A model generated the notes under the pieces. The model ran no database searches and had not been told where the DNA came from. It saw nothing but the letters and a program-made list of their open reading frames with translations. Made by a program: the position numbers and the translations under genes. This document shows positions 10,261 through 20,945 of a stretch of 64,000 nucleotides of DNA, one piece after another. This DNA is from a virus (lineage: Duplodnaviria > Caudoviricetes). Each line of letters starts with the position of its first letter. Position 1 is the first letter of the stretch. The DNA lies in IMG/VR virus record IMGVR_UViG_3300028048_002144; one strand, written 5' to 3'.

Positions 10261-11497
10261 TGCTTTGTCGAGAATATTATCTGCGGCATTGTTATCCCTA
10301 TCGTGATAAGCACCACAAACAGGACAAGTCCATTCTCGAACATTAAGATTCTTAACTTCTTTGTTTTGATAGCCACAATGATTACACAACTGACTTGATG
10401 CATAGAACCTCGGTACTTTGACAACTGTACTACCGTAGATTTTAGCTTTGTATTCAATCATAGTTACAAACTTTGACCAAGAAGCATCAGAGATAGACTT
10501 TGCTAATTTGTGATTACGAACCATTCCTTTTACATTAAGATCTTCGAGTGCTATCAGTTGATTTTCCTGAACAATCCTCGTTGACTCTTTCTGTAAGAAG
10601 TCATTCCTTTGGTTAGTAATATGTTCATGTATCCTTGCCACAACCTTACGTTGTTTCTGTATGTTGGAACATTCGGATAGCGGTCTATCATATATCGGAT
10701 GCCTATAACCTTTAATGATTTTGTAGCCTACGATATGACTTTCTATCATTTTGGAAAGTTTATGTTGCGCTTTAGCGAGTTTCTTCTGTGATTTTGTTAA
10801 GTACTTGTTGTTAGGGCATTTGTAACCGTTGGTATCAGAATAGAAATCTTTGATACCAAGATCAATGCCTACCATGTAACCGTTGTTGGTTACATCAGAT
10901 GTGGGCACATCTACATTCAACACACAGAAGTATTTATCACTTGGCGTTTGCTCTATGGTAGCGTTGTTTATTTTTGCAGAAGATAAGTCCATAGAAACCT
11001 TTGCCTTGACGTAGCCAAGTTTTGGCAACTTAATATGTTTGCCATCTAAAGTTACACAGATATTGTTGTTTACATTCTGTGTGCGGTAGGTTTTAAAGGT
11101 TTCCTTTTTAGACTTAAAGTGAGGGTAGCCTGCTAAATGTTTAAAGAAGTTTTTATATGCTCTATCCAAATCCTTTAGGGCTTGTTGCAAAGATATAGCG
11201 TCTACATTTTTTAGGAAAGCAAAATTATCTTCTTTCTTTAGGTTGGTCAGCATAGCATTGGTTTCTTTGTAACCAATACCAACGGAAGTAGTTTCGTAGG
11301 TTTCTTTACGCAGAGCAAGACCTTTATTGTAAACCAATCTACAACAACCAAAAGTATTCGCTATTAAGTTTTGTTGTGTTTTATTAGGATATATCCTTAT
11401 ACGAACACCTTTTAGCATACTTATTACTCCTTGTAATCTATTTCTATAATAATGCGAGTTAGTAAGTGTAAAATAGTTTTTCGCCCATGAGTAATTT
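10079..11497 (-). mobile_element. TnpB-only IS200/IS605 (IS1341-like) element
   Basis: Right end: CCCATTGG..CCAATGGG hairpin then TCAA. Left end inferred after TTAT at 11498-11501 (less certain). Confidence 0.75.
10231..11418 (-). CDS. tnpB: RNA-guided endonuclease TnpB
   Basis: HTH_OrfB N-terminus; RuvC GIDLG, EDL, DRDNNAA; CNHCG/CPVCG zinc finger. Confidence 0.95.
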   Translation of the reverse strand: MLKGVRIRIYPNKTQQNLIANTFGCCRLVYNKGLALRKETYETTSVGIGYKETNAMLTNLKKEDNFAFLKNVDAISLQQALKDLDRAYKNFFKHLAGYPHFKSKKETFKTYRTQNVNNNICVTLDGKHIKLPKLGYVKAKVSMDLSSAKINNATIEQTPSDKYFCVLNVDVPTSDVTNNGYMVGIDLGIKDFYSDTNGYKCPNNKYLTKSQKKLAKAQHKLSKMIESHIVGYKIIKGYRHPIYDRPLSECSNIQKQRKVVARIHEHITNQRNDFLQKESTRIVQENQLIALEDLNVKGMVRNHKLAKSISDASWSKFVTMIEYKAKIYGSTVVKVPRFYASSQLCNHCGYQNKEVKNLNVREWTCPVCGAYHDRDNNAADNILDKALEIIGFGAD

Positions 11498-11672
11498 ATA
11501 AAATCTATTGATACTAATTATTTTTTCTCTTTTTCTTTATCACTTTCTTTTTCTTCCTTGTTTCTATCTTTTTTCTCTAAGCATACTTTATCATCACAAT
11601 CTTCACAAAACATATACGTGACTTTGTGATCTACTATAGGGCAATATTTACTCATGTTCATGCCTTTCTAAA

Positions 11673-11993
11673 TTAAATTGTCCATATTTTTAAAACTGTT
11701 AAACTAAGTAAAATTTGGGCAAAGTATATAACATCTTTACAGTTTTTTACTTTATAATGGCTATTAGTTATAGCATTTACTATGTTAACTAGACATTTTT
11801 GCACTTCTGGAATTCCTAAAGATGCAATTGCAATAATCACTGCGACAAATATTACCATTCCTAGCGCATATTCTGAACAATATGGTGAGTCATAATTTTT
11901 CACAGCGTTTAAAAAATTTATTGCAAAACTCATAGAAATTAGTAAACACGTTGAACATAAGATTACTCTTGACATCATTTCCATCATAAACAT
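11673..11993 (-). CDS. membrane protein
   Basis: Hydrophobic segments. Confidence 0.55.
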   Translation of the reverse strand: MFMMEMMSRVILCSTCLLISMSFAINFLNAVKNYDSPYCSEYALGMVIFVAVIIAIASLGIPEVQKCLVNIVNAITNSHYKVKNCKDVIYFAQILLSLTVLKIWTI

Positions 11994-12005
11994 TCTCTCT
12001 TTCCG

Positions 12006-12500
12006 TTATTTGAGGAGTTCATCAAATTCCTTCTCTGCTGCTTCAATAACACGATTAATACTCTTTTCTTTCTCTTTATCGCTTACGTCAATTGAATCTA
12101 AATTATACATAACATATTCGAGATATTTTTCTTTCATCCAGTTATCAAATTTATCAGTTGTAAGAGTTTTAAGAGTTATATAAATAGATTTTCTTTTGTT
12201 TATAATCTCTGAACTGTTTGATAAAGGATATCTAGTGTGCTTAATAGTATTCTCTATACTCCCCCACAAACATTCATATCCTGCGATTACAGATTTTAAG
12301 ATATCATCTTCTATCTTAAATGGCAGTCTATGTTCTTCTTCTTCATACAAACCTAATTTTTTGCTTTCAGCGAAAATACATTTTAGATTATCAAAGATAT
12401 CTTCTTTTGTTTTTATACCAATAGCTTTCCATTCTTCTTTTGTAACTGGCAAAAGTTGCTTTATTTTTGCAAATTTAATATTTCTCATGAATGGCTTCAT
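12006..12500 (-). CDS. hypothetical protein
   Basis: ORF after AAGTCATATT promoter variant. Confidence 0.65.
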   Translation of the reverse strand: MKPFMRNIKFAKIKQLLPVTKEEWKAIGIKTKEDIFDNLKCIFAESKKLGLYEEEEHRLPFKIEDDILKSVIAGYECLWGSIENTIKHTRYPLSNSSEIINKRKSIYITLKTLTTDKFDNWMKEKYLEYVMYNLDSIDVSDKEKEKSINRVIEAAEKEFDELLK

Positions 12501-12627
12501 ACTATCTTCCTTTTGAAAACAATTTCTATATTATTAATATGACTTGAACTTCTACTTTTAAGGATTTTCGTTCCGTTTTTCTATAAAAAAAGAACCCACA
12601 AATTGTGAGTCCTTTTATAGTAAATCA

Positions 12628-13476
12628 TTATTCTTCCTTATTTAGTATTTCTGCTATTTTAATATTCCTCAATTTTCTTACTATTAAAGCAAAAATTATT
12701 CCTCCTAATACGGCAGCAGCAGTTGATGCATATATAGTTACATCTTTTGGATATCCTTCAAAATTAATGAATCTCGGGATATAAGATATCGCCTGGTATA
12801 TTACAAGTAGCAAATATACAAAATAGATATTATCTGTTACCTTAAACCAGTAGCTTAAATAAATGCCTACCGCAATCTGTATAGGTATAGAATATACGTT
12901 TTCATTTTCTACACATCCAAATATTGCTCCGGCTACAACTATATATAATAATGGGATATCATATAGATACATCTCCAACCTTTTATTAGTAACATAAATA
13001 AAGAGTAATATCTCTATTGCAGATACTACAAATATCTGTAGCAATGTCTGAATTATATTGGCTGCATTTACATACATTCCTGTAATATTATTCATTGTAC
13101 TGTTAATGTATGATGCTGTTCCAAAGAATATAATAGGGATTACTGCCAGGGAATACCGTTTCTGCGTCCTAGAAGGCCTCAAATCGGCTTTAAAGTCCTT
13201 TATATAGTTAGTTCCTAGATAAAAGCCCATAATCGCCATAATGACGTAATATAAAGTCGATATGATGTAATTAAAATTAGCAGTATTAAATCCTTCATCA
13301 TCTTTAAAAATCCTAAATATGCTGAATACTACATTTCCTAGCATAAAAAACAGCACTATAAAGAATATTGATGGAAGAAGTGTTTTTATCGATTGCTTTA
13401 ATCTATTTATTAATCGCTCGTCTTTATATGTATAAAGAGATATATCATTTGCAGTTCTTACTTCTCTTTTTGACAT
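12628..13476 (-). CDS. polytopic membrane protein, possibly degenerate CAAX/Abi family
   Basis: About 8 TM segments; IEILLF and AIFG resemble CPBP motifs but the catalytic residues are incomplete. Confidence 0.5.
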   Translation of the reverse strand: MSKREVRTANDISLYTYKDERLINRLKQSIKTLLPSIFFIVLFFMLGNVVFSIFRIFKDDEGFNTANFNYIISTLYYVIMAIMGFYLGTNYIKDFKADLRPSRTQKRYSLAVIPIIFFGTASYINSTMNNITGMYVNAANIIQTLLQIFVVSAIEILLFIYVTNKRLEMYLYDIPLLYIVVAGAIFGCVENENVYSIPIQIAVGIYLSYWFKVTDNIYFVYLLLVIYQAISYIPRFINFEGYPKDVTIYASTAAAVLGGIIFALIVRKLRNIKIAEILNKEE

Positions 13477-13509
13477 AACTGATCCTTTCTTATATTTGTT
13501 TAAGTGAAA

Positions 13510-14103
13510 CTAAAAATAAACATGCGTCTGATAACCGCCAAAATTGAGTACTTTAAGTGTACGATGACGAGTATTTTCAAAGTCAGTATCCTTTTCTGTA
13601 TTGTTCTTTGAAGCTTTTACTTTATCAACATACTTTAGAGTTGGCTTACTTGATGGATCCGTATCCTTAGAAATATAGTAAATTACATATCCATCTTCAA
13701 TGTTTTCTAATGAATATTTATTATACTTCTTTTTATCTTTGGTATACTTTTCTTTAATTGAAGCTCTAATATTTTTAATAGAATTATCTGGATTCTTAAA
13801 TTTCATAACAACTCTATCACTATTTGTATCTATAATATTGTTATCTTCATCTATAAAATTTATACTTACCAAACTGTTTTTATTGTTAACCACATAATTG
13901 ATGAAATGAGTATTGATAATATTGCTGCTAAAAGATATAAACAATCCTGCAAGCATGAAGAACTTTGCAAAAAAGAGAAAATCCTCCCATCCATTTCTTT
14001 CTGAATTTTTATAACAATAAAAACCGAATGCGAAAATTGCTATTCCAAATAAACTAAGTCCTATACATGTATTTCTACTTATTATTTCACTAAAAAAATC
14101 CAT
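13510..14103 (-). CDS. membrane-anchored hypothetical protein
   Basis: Two N-terminal TM segments. Confidence 0.6.
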   Translation of the reverse strand: MDFFSEIISRNTCIGLSLFGIAIFAFGFYCYKNSERNGWEDFLFFAKFFMLAGLFISFSSNIINTHFINYVVNNKNSLVSINFIDEDNNIIDTNSDRVVMKFKNPDNSIKNIRASIKEKYTKDKKKYNKYSLENIEDGYVIYYISKDTDPSSKPTLKYVDKVKASKNNTEKDTDFENTRHRTLKVLNFGGYQTHVYF

Positions 14104-14136
14104 AATAATTATCTTTCCTTTCTGTTTTTATTCTTC

Positions 14137-14553
14137 TTATTCTGCTTCATGATCTGGAAATTCAGCTTCTGGTAGCCAAGCTTTAGGATTGAAATACAGT
14201 TTATACTGATATGGATTTTCTTCCTGGTCATCTAATGTTTCTATAATGTATGTAACATTATCAGCCAATCCAATGTAATACATCTTAAACTTGTCTTTAC
14301 CAGTCTTAATCATGACTTCAAGCTGATGTCTGCCTTCATCTCTTACTTCTGTAATAGCGATTCGACCACTCAGAACAAGCAGGTTATCTCCAGTAATGCC
14401 ATTGATTACTGTAATTCTTCTCATAGACTTAAAATTATCAGCATCTTTCTTTACGTTATGAGTCGCAATCTCATTTTCTGTACATGCTGTAAGTGGTGTA
14501 GTAACTACGCAAATAGCAAAAACTAATACTAAAAGTTTCTTAATCTTTCTCAT
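14137..14553 (-). CDS. phage-type lipoprotein
   Basis: Signal peptide with LTAC lipobox; ADNF..MRRITVINGIT motif. Confidence 0.7.
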   Translation of the reverse strand: MRKIKKLLVLVFAICVVTTPLTACTENEIATHNVKKDADNFKSMRRITVINGITGDNLLVLSGRIAITEVRDEGRHQLEVMIKTGKDKFKMYYIGLADNVTYIIETLDDQEENPYQYKLYFNPKAWLPEAEFPDHEAE

Positions 14554-14556
14554 TTC

Positions 14557-15000
14557 TTATTTCTCACTTTCTTTCGATTTTTTCTTTTTTACTCCGAATA
14601 AATTATCTATACTTGCCGGATCCTCTGGTTCGATGGTTTTATATATTTCTAGTTCACATACAGACTGATAAATCAGACTAAATAAAACTACAATAATTTG
14701 AATAGCAATAATTACTCCATCAGCCATTGTTGTTAAAGTAGATAATTTAAGATTTGATATTTTACTTACTGCTGATGCTATATGATTATCAAAAAAGCTT
14801 ACTACCATAGCCACAAAATTTATTTCAGCTAAAAATAACGGAGTGAGCGGATGCCTTCCTATACGTCTGCATACCTTGTCTCCGCTCAATGTAACTTCCC
14901 AAAATCTTACTAATAATATAAGCATTGTTATAGTTGTTAAAAATGAAGCTAAAGTACTTAACTTAAATGCCCATGATAAAAATTCTCCCGTATTATTCAT
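14557..15000 (-). CDS. membrane protein
   Basis: Three TM segments; RBS. Confidence 0.6.
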   Translation of the reverse strand: MNNTGEFLSWAFKLSTLASFLTTITMLILLVRFWEVTLSGDKVCRRIGRHPLTPLFLAEINFVAMVVSFFDNHIASAVSKISNLKLSTLTTMADGVIIAIQIIVVLFSLIYQSVCELEIYKTIEPEDPASIDNLFGVKKKKSKESEK

Positions 15001-15098
15001 TTTTATCCTCCATTTCTGAAACTTTAACCTTCAGCTCTGAAATAAAGTTTTCCATGCAATTATATTTATCGCAATTCACTGTATCTCCACAGAGTTTC

Positions 15099-15842
15099 TT
15101 ATATTCCTGGTATTCCTCTTCGTTTCAAGGCCTCTTTTGTATCTTCAGACATTTCATAGCCCTTACCCCATAATTTGAATAAGATGTAATCATTTCGTTC
15201 TTTTTGGGAAAGGCTTTTTAATACAAATATTAGATACTCATACATCTTTGCTTTTTCTTCATACATTTCTGTTTTTGTAGCATTTTTATATAAGTGAAGC
15301 CAATATTCGTATCCAGATCTTATAGCGTTATATAGATTGAAACTAAATTTCGGATCTTCCATTAAGTTATTATAATTAAGCAAATTACCAGCTTTTAGTT
15401 CCAAAAAGATACAAAGAATTGTAGTGTATATTTGTTCTGGATCTTTAAATTTTGGATATGTGCATGTTTTATTAATTTTGTCCCAATTTTCTTCTGTTGT
15501 TGGCAGATATTGGAAAACAGATGCTAATTTCATATCTTTCTTTAGACTATAAAATACATCTGTTATTACAACATAGATCATCGTAATAATTGCCAAACAA
15601 ATAAATAATACTACTAATACCGAAAGGCCGCTTATCCAAGGTACTTTAGTAAAAAATTCAATCAAGTTCTTGGACATATATGGTTTAAACAAGAATAATG
15701 TGAGGTTGCCAATTCCATAAGGGATAGAAATGATCCCAGCTAGACAAAGTATTATTGTTAAAACACAAATAATGTCTGTTCCTGTATTAGTATCATTGAA
15801 AAATGCGTTTAAATACGATTTCTTCTGTTTTATTTCTTTCAT
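15099..15842 (-). CDS. membrane protein
   Basis: Two TM segments; follows promoter variant. Confidence 0.6.
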   Translation of the reverse strand: MKEIKQKKSYLNAFFNDTNTGTDIICVLTIILCLAGIISIPYGIGNLTLFLFKPYMSKNLIEFFTKVPWISGLSVLVVLFICLAIITMIYVVITDVFYSLKKDMKLASVFQYLPTTEENWDKINKTCTYPKFKDPEQIYTTILCIFLELKAGNLLNYNNLMEDPKFSFNLYNAIRSGYEYWLHLYKNATKTEMYEEKAKMYEYLIFVLKSLSQKERNDYILFKLWGKGYEMSEDTKEALKRRGIPGI

Positions 15843-16047
15843 TGATTTATACTTCCTTTCTTTTAAGCAATCTTATATATTTAATATGACTTAAAATTTT
15901 TGTTTTCACGGTTTTGTATTTGTTTTTGTTCAAATAACATAGCATTTTCGGTGATAATTTCTTATTTGTGAGGGAATATAAAAAAGAACCCACAAAATGT
16001 GAGTTCTTTTACTATGAATTTCGTTATTCTTTCGTTTCTATCTGAAC

Positions 16048-16329
16048 TTACGCCTGTTCCTGCAACTGTTCTTTTGCTAACTCCTTATATTTACCAAGGA
16101 TTACTCCAGTAATATGAGCGTATAGTTCCTTACTAAGAGGGAAAGCTACGTCCTCATATGTTCCATCTGCTTTAGCCTTAGAAGGGAATGCTACAAAATG
16201 GTGGCCGTTCCTATCCTCCATAACTCTTATATTCTTTACGACAAATGCATCATCAAGCGTAAAACTTCCGATTGCTTTTACTGCCCTGTCGTTATCAATT
16301 ATTTTAAGTCTTACTTCTGATACCTTCAT
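16048..16329 (-). CDS. spoVG: SpoVG family protein
   Basis: MKVSEVR..KAIGSFTLDDAFVVKNIRV..FVAFPS..DGTYEDVAFP. Confidence 0.9.
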   Translation of the reverse strand: MKVSEVRLKIIDNDRAVKAIGSFTLDDAFVVKNIRVMEDRNGHHFVAFPSKAKADGTYEDVAFPLSKELYAHITGVILGKYKELAKEQLQEQA

Positions 16330-16513
16330 GATTATTAATTCTCCTTCTTATTGGCTTCATTTTCTAGGACATTCATCCGAATAATAACATCCTATTTTTG
16401 CATGTTTGCATTTTTTACATTCCTTTGGAGTGTTTCTCTTGCTCGTTTTCATATCCTTTATCTTTCGTAAAATATTGTCAATTAATCTCATTATTTCACC
16501 CTTCTTATTTTGC

Positions 16514-16798
16514 TTAAATCAAATATATCAGCATAGTTACATAATGAATAATTTGGTCTTGTACATAATTGATTTTCTTATATCGTGCTTTTAGTGGATC
16601 TACGATTAAATGTGCTGCCAATAATACGCCTAATCTCCAGTCAAAGCCAAAGCATACATAAAAGGGCAGGCAGTATAACACGCAATGCACAAACAAGTGA
16701 TACCAATTTTCACCTTTTGTTTTGGCAATAAAATCAATCTGTAGTACATAATCACCTACTAAGTGGCAACAAATAAGTTTAAATATTAGCTCTGCCAT
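16514..16798 (-). CDS. DUF3307-like membrane protein
   Basis: HLVGDYVLQ, H..LY and HLIVD..K..DQ..H motifs. Confidence 0.75.
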   Translation of the reverse strand: MAELIFKLICCHLVGDYVLQIDFIAKTKGENWYHLFVHCVLYCLPFYVCFGFDWRLGVLLAAHLIVDPLKARYKKINYVQDQIIHYVTMLIYLI

Positions 16799-17217
16799 TA
16801 TTCAATCCTCTCTGTGTAATCAGTTTCAAGTAAAACTACTCCATCTTCTGAAAAAGTGAGATCATCTATTTTTGTAACAGCATAATATCCATCTACATAA
16901 TCAGCTGTATTCGGAATAAATATCTTTGCATCTTTTGGGAGGCTTGATAATTCCTTAATTAACTGTTTTACAGTCATAACTTTTTCGTTTTCGTCCTCTT
17001 TCTCTTCTTTCTCTGATCTGATTAAAGGGTGATTGCCACACTTTAAATAGTTAGGACAAAATAAATCGCCATGATCCCAATCTGCTCCCCAGAGTTCGAT
17101 ATCCTTGCTCCGGAAAGATGTCTTAGTAAGCTTATGAAAATGCTTATCTAAATTTTTAACCTCGATTTGTACATTACCCATCCAAACCATTTCAGTTCCG
17201 CATTTTGGACACTTCAT
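16798..17217 (-). CDS. zinc-ribbon hypothetical protein
   Basis: MKCPKCG start; C-terminal MTVKQLIKEL module. Confidence 0.6.
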   Translation of the reverse strand: MKCPKCGTEMVWMGNVQIEVKNLDKHFHKLTKTSFRSKDIELWGADWDHGDLFCPNYLKCGNHPLIRSEKEEKEDENEKVMTVKQLIKELSSLPKDAKIFIPNTADYVDGYYAVTKIDDLTFSEDGVVLLETDYTERIE

Positions 17218-17236
17218 CGTTTTCTTCCTTTCTTAA

Positions 17237-17599
17237 TTAGACTAAATATATTGTGTTATCTGGTGTTTCCCATTCGATATCATTTTCTGAAGAAAATATA
17301 TTCTCATCTGGATTTGCTATTTCTGAGAATGAATATTCTTTTACTATTGGAGAATTGTCGTCCTCGCCAGATAAAACTATTCTGGCAAGATCTTCTAAAG
17401 ATTTCTTTTCAAAGTATTCATATTCACCACCATCTAACATATTTCCATTACTGTCGTAGATATAATATCCAACCATTCCAATAGAACCTTCTAAGTATCT
17501 ATCGTTATCGCTTTCATAGATATATAAATAATGCATATCTCTTGTGCGATATAATGCCGCATTTTTTGTTAGCGGATTATCACTACTTGTTTTTGCCAT
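17237..17599 (-). CDS. hypothetical protein
   Basis: ORF with RBS. Confidence 0.6.
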   Translation of the reverse strand: MAKTSSDNPLTKNAALYRTRDMHYLYIYESDNDRYLEGSIGMVGYYIYDSNGNMLDGGEYEYFEKKSLEDLARIVLSGEDDNSPIVKEYSFSEIANPDENIFSSENDIEWETPDNTIYLV

Positions 17600-17601
17600 T
17601 T

Positions 17602-17961
17602 TTATTCTTCTCCTATATATTTTTTAAGAACATTCAACATCATTATTTGTCCCTGTCCTAATAAATTGACTAAACCCGTATTTGGATCTGTATTGCATTC
17701 AATATTAAATTTCATATCTTCAATAGCATCATCAATATTGGAACGCAACTTAAATAATTGCTGATGTTCTGCTAATAATGCTTTATTGGTTTCAGCTAAA
17801 TCTAAAATTACGAGTCGCAATGTCTCATATTCAGAACGATCTACCACATCTGTTTTAGGCAATTCGCCAACATCATAAACATATTTTGCATTTCCGTCAT
17901 CATCAATGATTGACAAATTATCCCAATCGTCAATTCTTGATATATCCATATATTCTGCCAT
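17602..17961 (-). CDS. hypothetical protein
   Basis: Abutting operon gene. Confidence 0.6.
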   Translation of the reverse strand: MAEYMDISRIDDWDNLSIIDDDGNAKYVYDVGELPKTDVVDRSEYETLRLVILDLAETNKALLAEHQQLFKLRSNIDDAIEDMKFNIECNTDPNTGLVNLLGQGQIMMLNVLKKYIGEE

Positions 17962-18270
17962 TTACTCTCCCTTTCGTTTACTCAAAGTTTTAAACATCTT
18001 ATTCCATTTCTCAATGAGTTCTTCTTTATCTTCGTAGTATCCCGTACTCATACCGCAATCACTATTAAGGCATTCAATCGAATAGTCACTACGGAATTTG
18101 TACTGATGAACCATTAGTTTTACACAGGAATGACACATAGGGCATTCGTTGTGGTATTCAGTTGCTTTTTCCTGCTTTGGTTGGCTGATTCTTATTCCTA
18201 TGCCAATGCCGATTGCCAAAGTAATTGCTGATACAAATCCGATAACTAAAATTGCTAGGTTCTTGTTCAT
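17962..18270 (-). CDS. membrane-anchored Lar-like zinc-ribbon protein
   Basis: TM segment, then CPMC..IEC..CG..EELIEKWN. Confidence 0.5.
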   Translation of the reverse strand: MNKNLAILVIGFVSAITLAIGIGIGIRISQPKQEKATEYHNECPMCHSCVKLMVHQYKFRSDYSIECLNSDCGMSTGYYEDKEELIEKWNKMFKTLSKRKGE

Positions 18271-18482
18271 TACTCCCTCACTTCCTTTATGTTTTTAACG
18301 TGGCTTTTCCTGAAGCACACATCTGTTTCTGGGCATCTTAAATAATAATGTTGTGGATGCATCATAAGTGGCTCAAAGTGTTCGTTCCACCCAAGTACAC
18401 CAATTCTGCTATGCCCATCAAGAAATGTTACTTCGACTTGCTTATTAAGATATTTGTCTAACTTTTCACTTCTTCTATTCAT
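18270..18482 (-). CDS. small Sm/SH3-like hypothetical protein
   Basis: YLNKQVEVTFLDG..IGVL. Confidence 0.5.
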   Translation of the reverse strand: MNRRSEKLDKYLNKQVEVTFLDGHSRIGVLGWNEHFEPLMMHPQHYYLRCPETDVCFRKSHVKNIKEVRE

Positions 18483-18691
18483 TTGTTTTCTCCTTTATCA
18501 AGTGATACTGTAACTAATGAATATGGGATTCGTTTAGTTTTGTCTGTAACTAAAATTACTCTCCAATCATATTTTTCTCGTTCTAATATATGATTAATTG
18601 TTTTCTTGGTTCTATATGCAGTAGATCGAGAACAATCTAAAGCAACTGCACCATCAAAACCAAGTTCTTCAATTATCATTCTGATATCCAT
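18479..18691 (-). CDS. hypothetical protein
   Basis: Overlapping operon gene with RBS. Confidence 0.55.
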   Translation of the reverse strand: MDIRMIIEELGFDGAVALDCSRSTAYRTKKTINHILEREKYDWRVILVTDKTKRIPYSLVTVSLDKGENK

Positions 18692-18703
18692 TTATATTCT
18701 CCT

Positions 18704-18886
18704 TTAATATCCTATTAAAATTGCAATTTCCTTTGAATTAAAAAACACTTCTTCTACCTGATCTTCTTTTACGATATAAAGTTCTTCAAATTTCTTTATT
18801 GCGTCTTCTTTTGATCTGGCATAACAAAGAGCTAAATCTTCAAGTTCTTTATCTTCATTTATAATTTTAAGTCGATATAATCTCAT
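18704..18886 (-). CDS. hypothetical protein
   Basis: ORF after promoter module. Confidence 0.6.
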   Translation of the reverse strand: MRLYRLKIINEDKELEDLALCYARSKEDAIKKFEELYIVKEDQVEEVFFNSKEIAILIGY

Positions 18887-18996
18887 TTACTTTCTCCTTT
18901 CATACTTAAATTCTGCTTTTAATATGAAAGAAATTTCCATAATAAAAACGCCCAGATCTCTCTGAGCGTTTATTTTTAAATATTTAATTTTTTCTT

Positions 18997-19278
18997 TTAT
19001 TTTTCGTTACATAAGACTTCTCTTATCTTATCAATATAGAAATAATCTTCTGACATGCTATCGTTATCATGATCTTTTATGATCTTCTCAATCTTTTGCA
19101 GCTTCTGCATTGATTTAATAGCAAAGTCTATTGCATACCAGGTACTAATAGGATGTGCTTCATATCCGTAGCCTTCGATGTAGCTATCCTGAATACCCTG
19201 TAAGTCTTTTATTGCGATTTCGTATGACTGATCCTCTTTTGATTTTTCTAAAGCTCGCCTTAATTCTTCTTCGTTCAT
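18997..19278 (-). CDS. hypothetical protein
   Basis: ORF with RBS. Confidence 0.6.
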   Translation of the reverse strand: MNEEELRRALEKSKEDQSYEIAIKDLQGIQDSYIEGYGYEAHPISTWYAIDFAIKSMQKLQKIEKIIKDHDNDSMSEDYFYIDKIREVLCNEK

Positions 19279-19387
19279 TTACTCTCTCCTAAACTCTTTA
19301 ATATCTGTTTAAAATCATCATAATAGCCTACCCAAGCCCAATTATGTTCTAACGATTCAAGAGTGTTATAATAATCACCGTTTTTAA

Positions 19388-19573
19388 TTAAACGTAATAA
19401 TGTATCCTTTTTATGTGAGTCGTTTCTGTCTCCATTTCTTCAATGATCTCGATCATTAAATGCATCATTTGTTCCATAGAGTCTTGAATTTGGTTTAGAT
19501 CTTTGTCATGTCCCACTTTATACTGTAGATCTCGTGCCTTTTCATACAATTTCTTTTTCTTATCACCTGTCAT
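19388..19573 (-). CDS. hypothetical protein
   Basis: ORF after promoter module. Confidence 0.6.
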   Translation of the reverse strand: MTGDKKKKLYEKARDLQYKVGHDKDLNQIQDSMEQMMHLMIEIIEEMETETTHIKRIHYYV

Positions 19574-19636
19574 TTGTTTATTCTCCTTCCAAACTTTATA
19601 ATTCTAGTAATAATATGAATGATTTTCGAAAGTGTC

Positions 19637-20086
19637 TTATAAGTAGCAAACGATTATTTCAACGTCAAAATCATCAAATGTTTTATGAATTATTTCTTCT
19701 ACTTTTTCCCATTTTAGCTTATCGAGTCCACAACCAATTAGTGGCATAGCAATTTTTAACGGTGTATCATCAGGACTAAAAAATAAATGTCTTTTTAGAT
19801 GTAATAATGCCTGCTCGAGAGTTTCGTAAGTAGGCTTTAAATAATAACGCTTCTTAGTAACTAGGTTAAATACGCCTTTAAAACCATCTATTTCTGTATA
19901 TAAACAATAACCTTCATCATTCCAAGCAAGAAATGGATACTTGTTAAATAGAGCGTCTTTTACACCTCTTTTTGCAAATTCTCTGGCTATACCAGCTCCT
20001 AATTCAAAATCCGAACTAATGCAATGAACTAAATAAAAATCGCTGTCTACTGTAAATAAATCTCTTTTTTCTTTTCTTATTTTCAT
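19637..20086 (-). CDS. macro domain ADP-ribose glycohydrolase (Poa1p/TARG1-like)
   Basis: DLF..LVHCISSDF.LGAGIA, FNLVTK, IAMPLIGCGLDKLKW. Confidence 0.9.
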   Translation of the reverse strand: MKIRKEKRDLFTVDSDFYLVHCISSDFELGAGIAREFAKRGVKDALFNKYPFLAWNDEGYCLYTEIDGFKGVFNLVTKKRYYLKPTYETLEQALLHLKRHLFFSPDDTPLKIAMPLIGCGLDKLKWEKVEEIIHKTFDDFDVEIIVCYL

Positions 20087-20588
20087 CTGTCATTCTCCAA
20101 GTCTAATTCTGTTTTCTTATTTTCTGCCCTACATTTATCTAACTTAATAGACCACTCATAATAAGATTTATCACTTATACCGTTGTTATAATATTCGTGG
20201 CACTTATTAGGACAATCTATACATTTACATTCCATATGTTTTCTCCTCTCTGTTTCCAAAATTCTGTTTATAATATGAATTATTTTTAGAGGGGTTTATG
20301 TGGGGAGTTTATGGAAAAAAATATGAGATTACGAGATTGTGAAAGAATATGTATTATTTGTTAGTTTGACCTGGTGTGCGTTTAATAGGACTAAGGATAA
20401 TATGCTTGATTAATATATTTAGCTAAAAGGTAATATGTTTAGTTAGAAACTTTAGCCAGAAGTTATATTCAGAGTTATAACCAGAATTTATTTATTAAAA
20501 GTAGGCAGCAGTTATATATAAAAAAACAGGCAGCTTATGCTACCTGTCTTGTAATGGGTTATATGATATTTACTTTTGTCTATTATCA

Positions 20589-20789
20589 CTAAATATCACG
20601 AAAATCCTTACCGTACTTTTTCGACAAGCTATATATAGCCTTATCATATACTTCTTTCGTTATATAGTTGGTATCATATAAATTCTTTGTCAATATTACT
20701 TCTATTGGGATACCTTTTAGTTTATCTGCTTTCTGCTTACGCATTTCTTCTTTAACTTCTCTAAAATTTATTATTTTCTTATCTCTCAT
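20589..20789 (-). CDS. small protein with SHOCT-like tail
   Basis: NLYDTNYITKEVYDKA; RBS and downstream terminator. Confidence 0.55.
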   Translation of the reverse strand: MRDKKIINFREVKEEMRKQKADKLKGIPIEVILTKNLYDTNYITKEVYDKAIYSLSKKYGKDFRDI

Positions 20790-20945
20790 ATATTTACCTT
20801 TCTTTGTGATGATTAATTACAAGGCAGCAGTATATAGTTAATCTTGTTTACAAGAAAAGATACTCTTACTTGCAAGAAGAGATATATTATACTGGGTGCA
20901 AGCAAGCTATATATCTGCTTGTTTAGCTATATATATTTGATTTTA

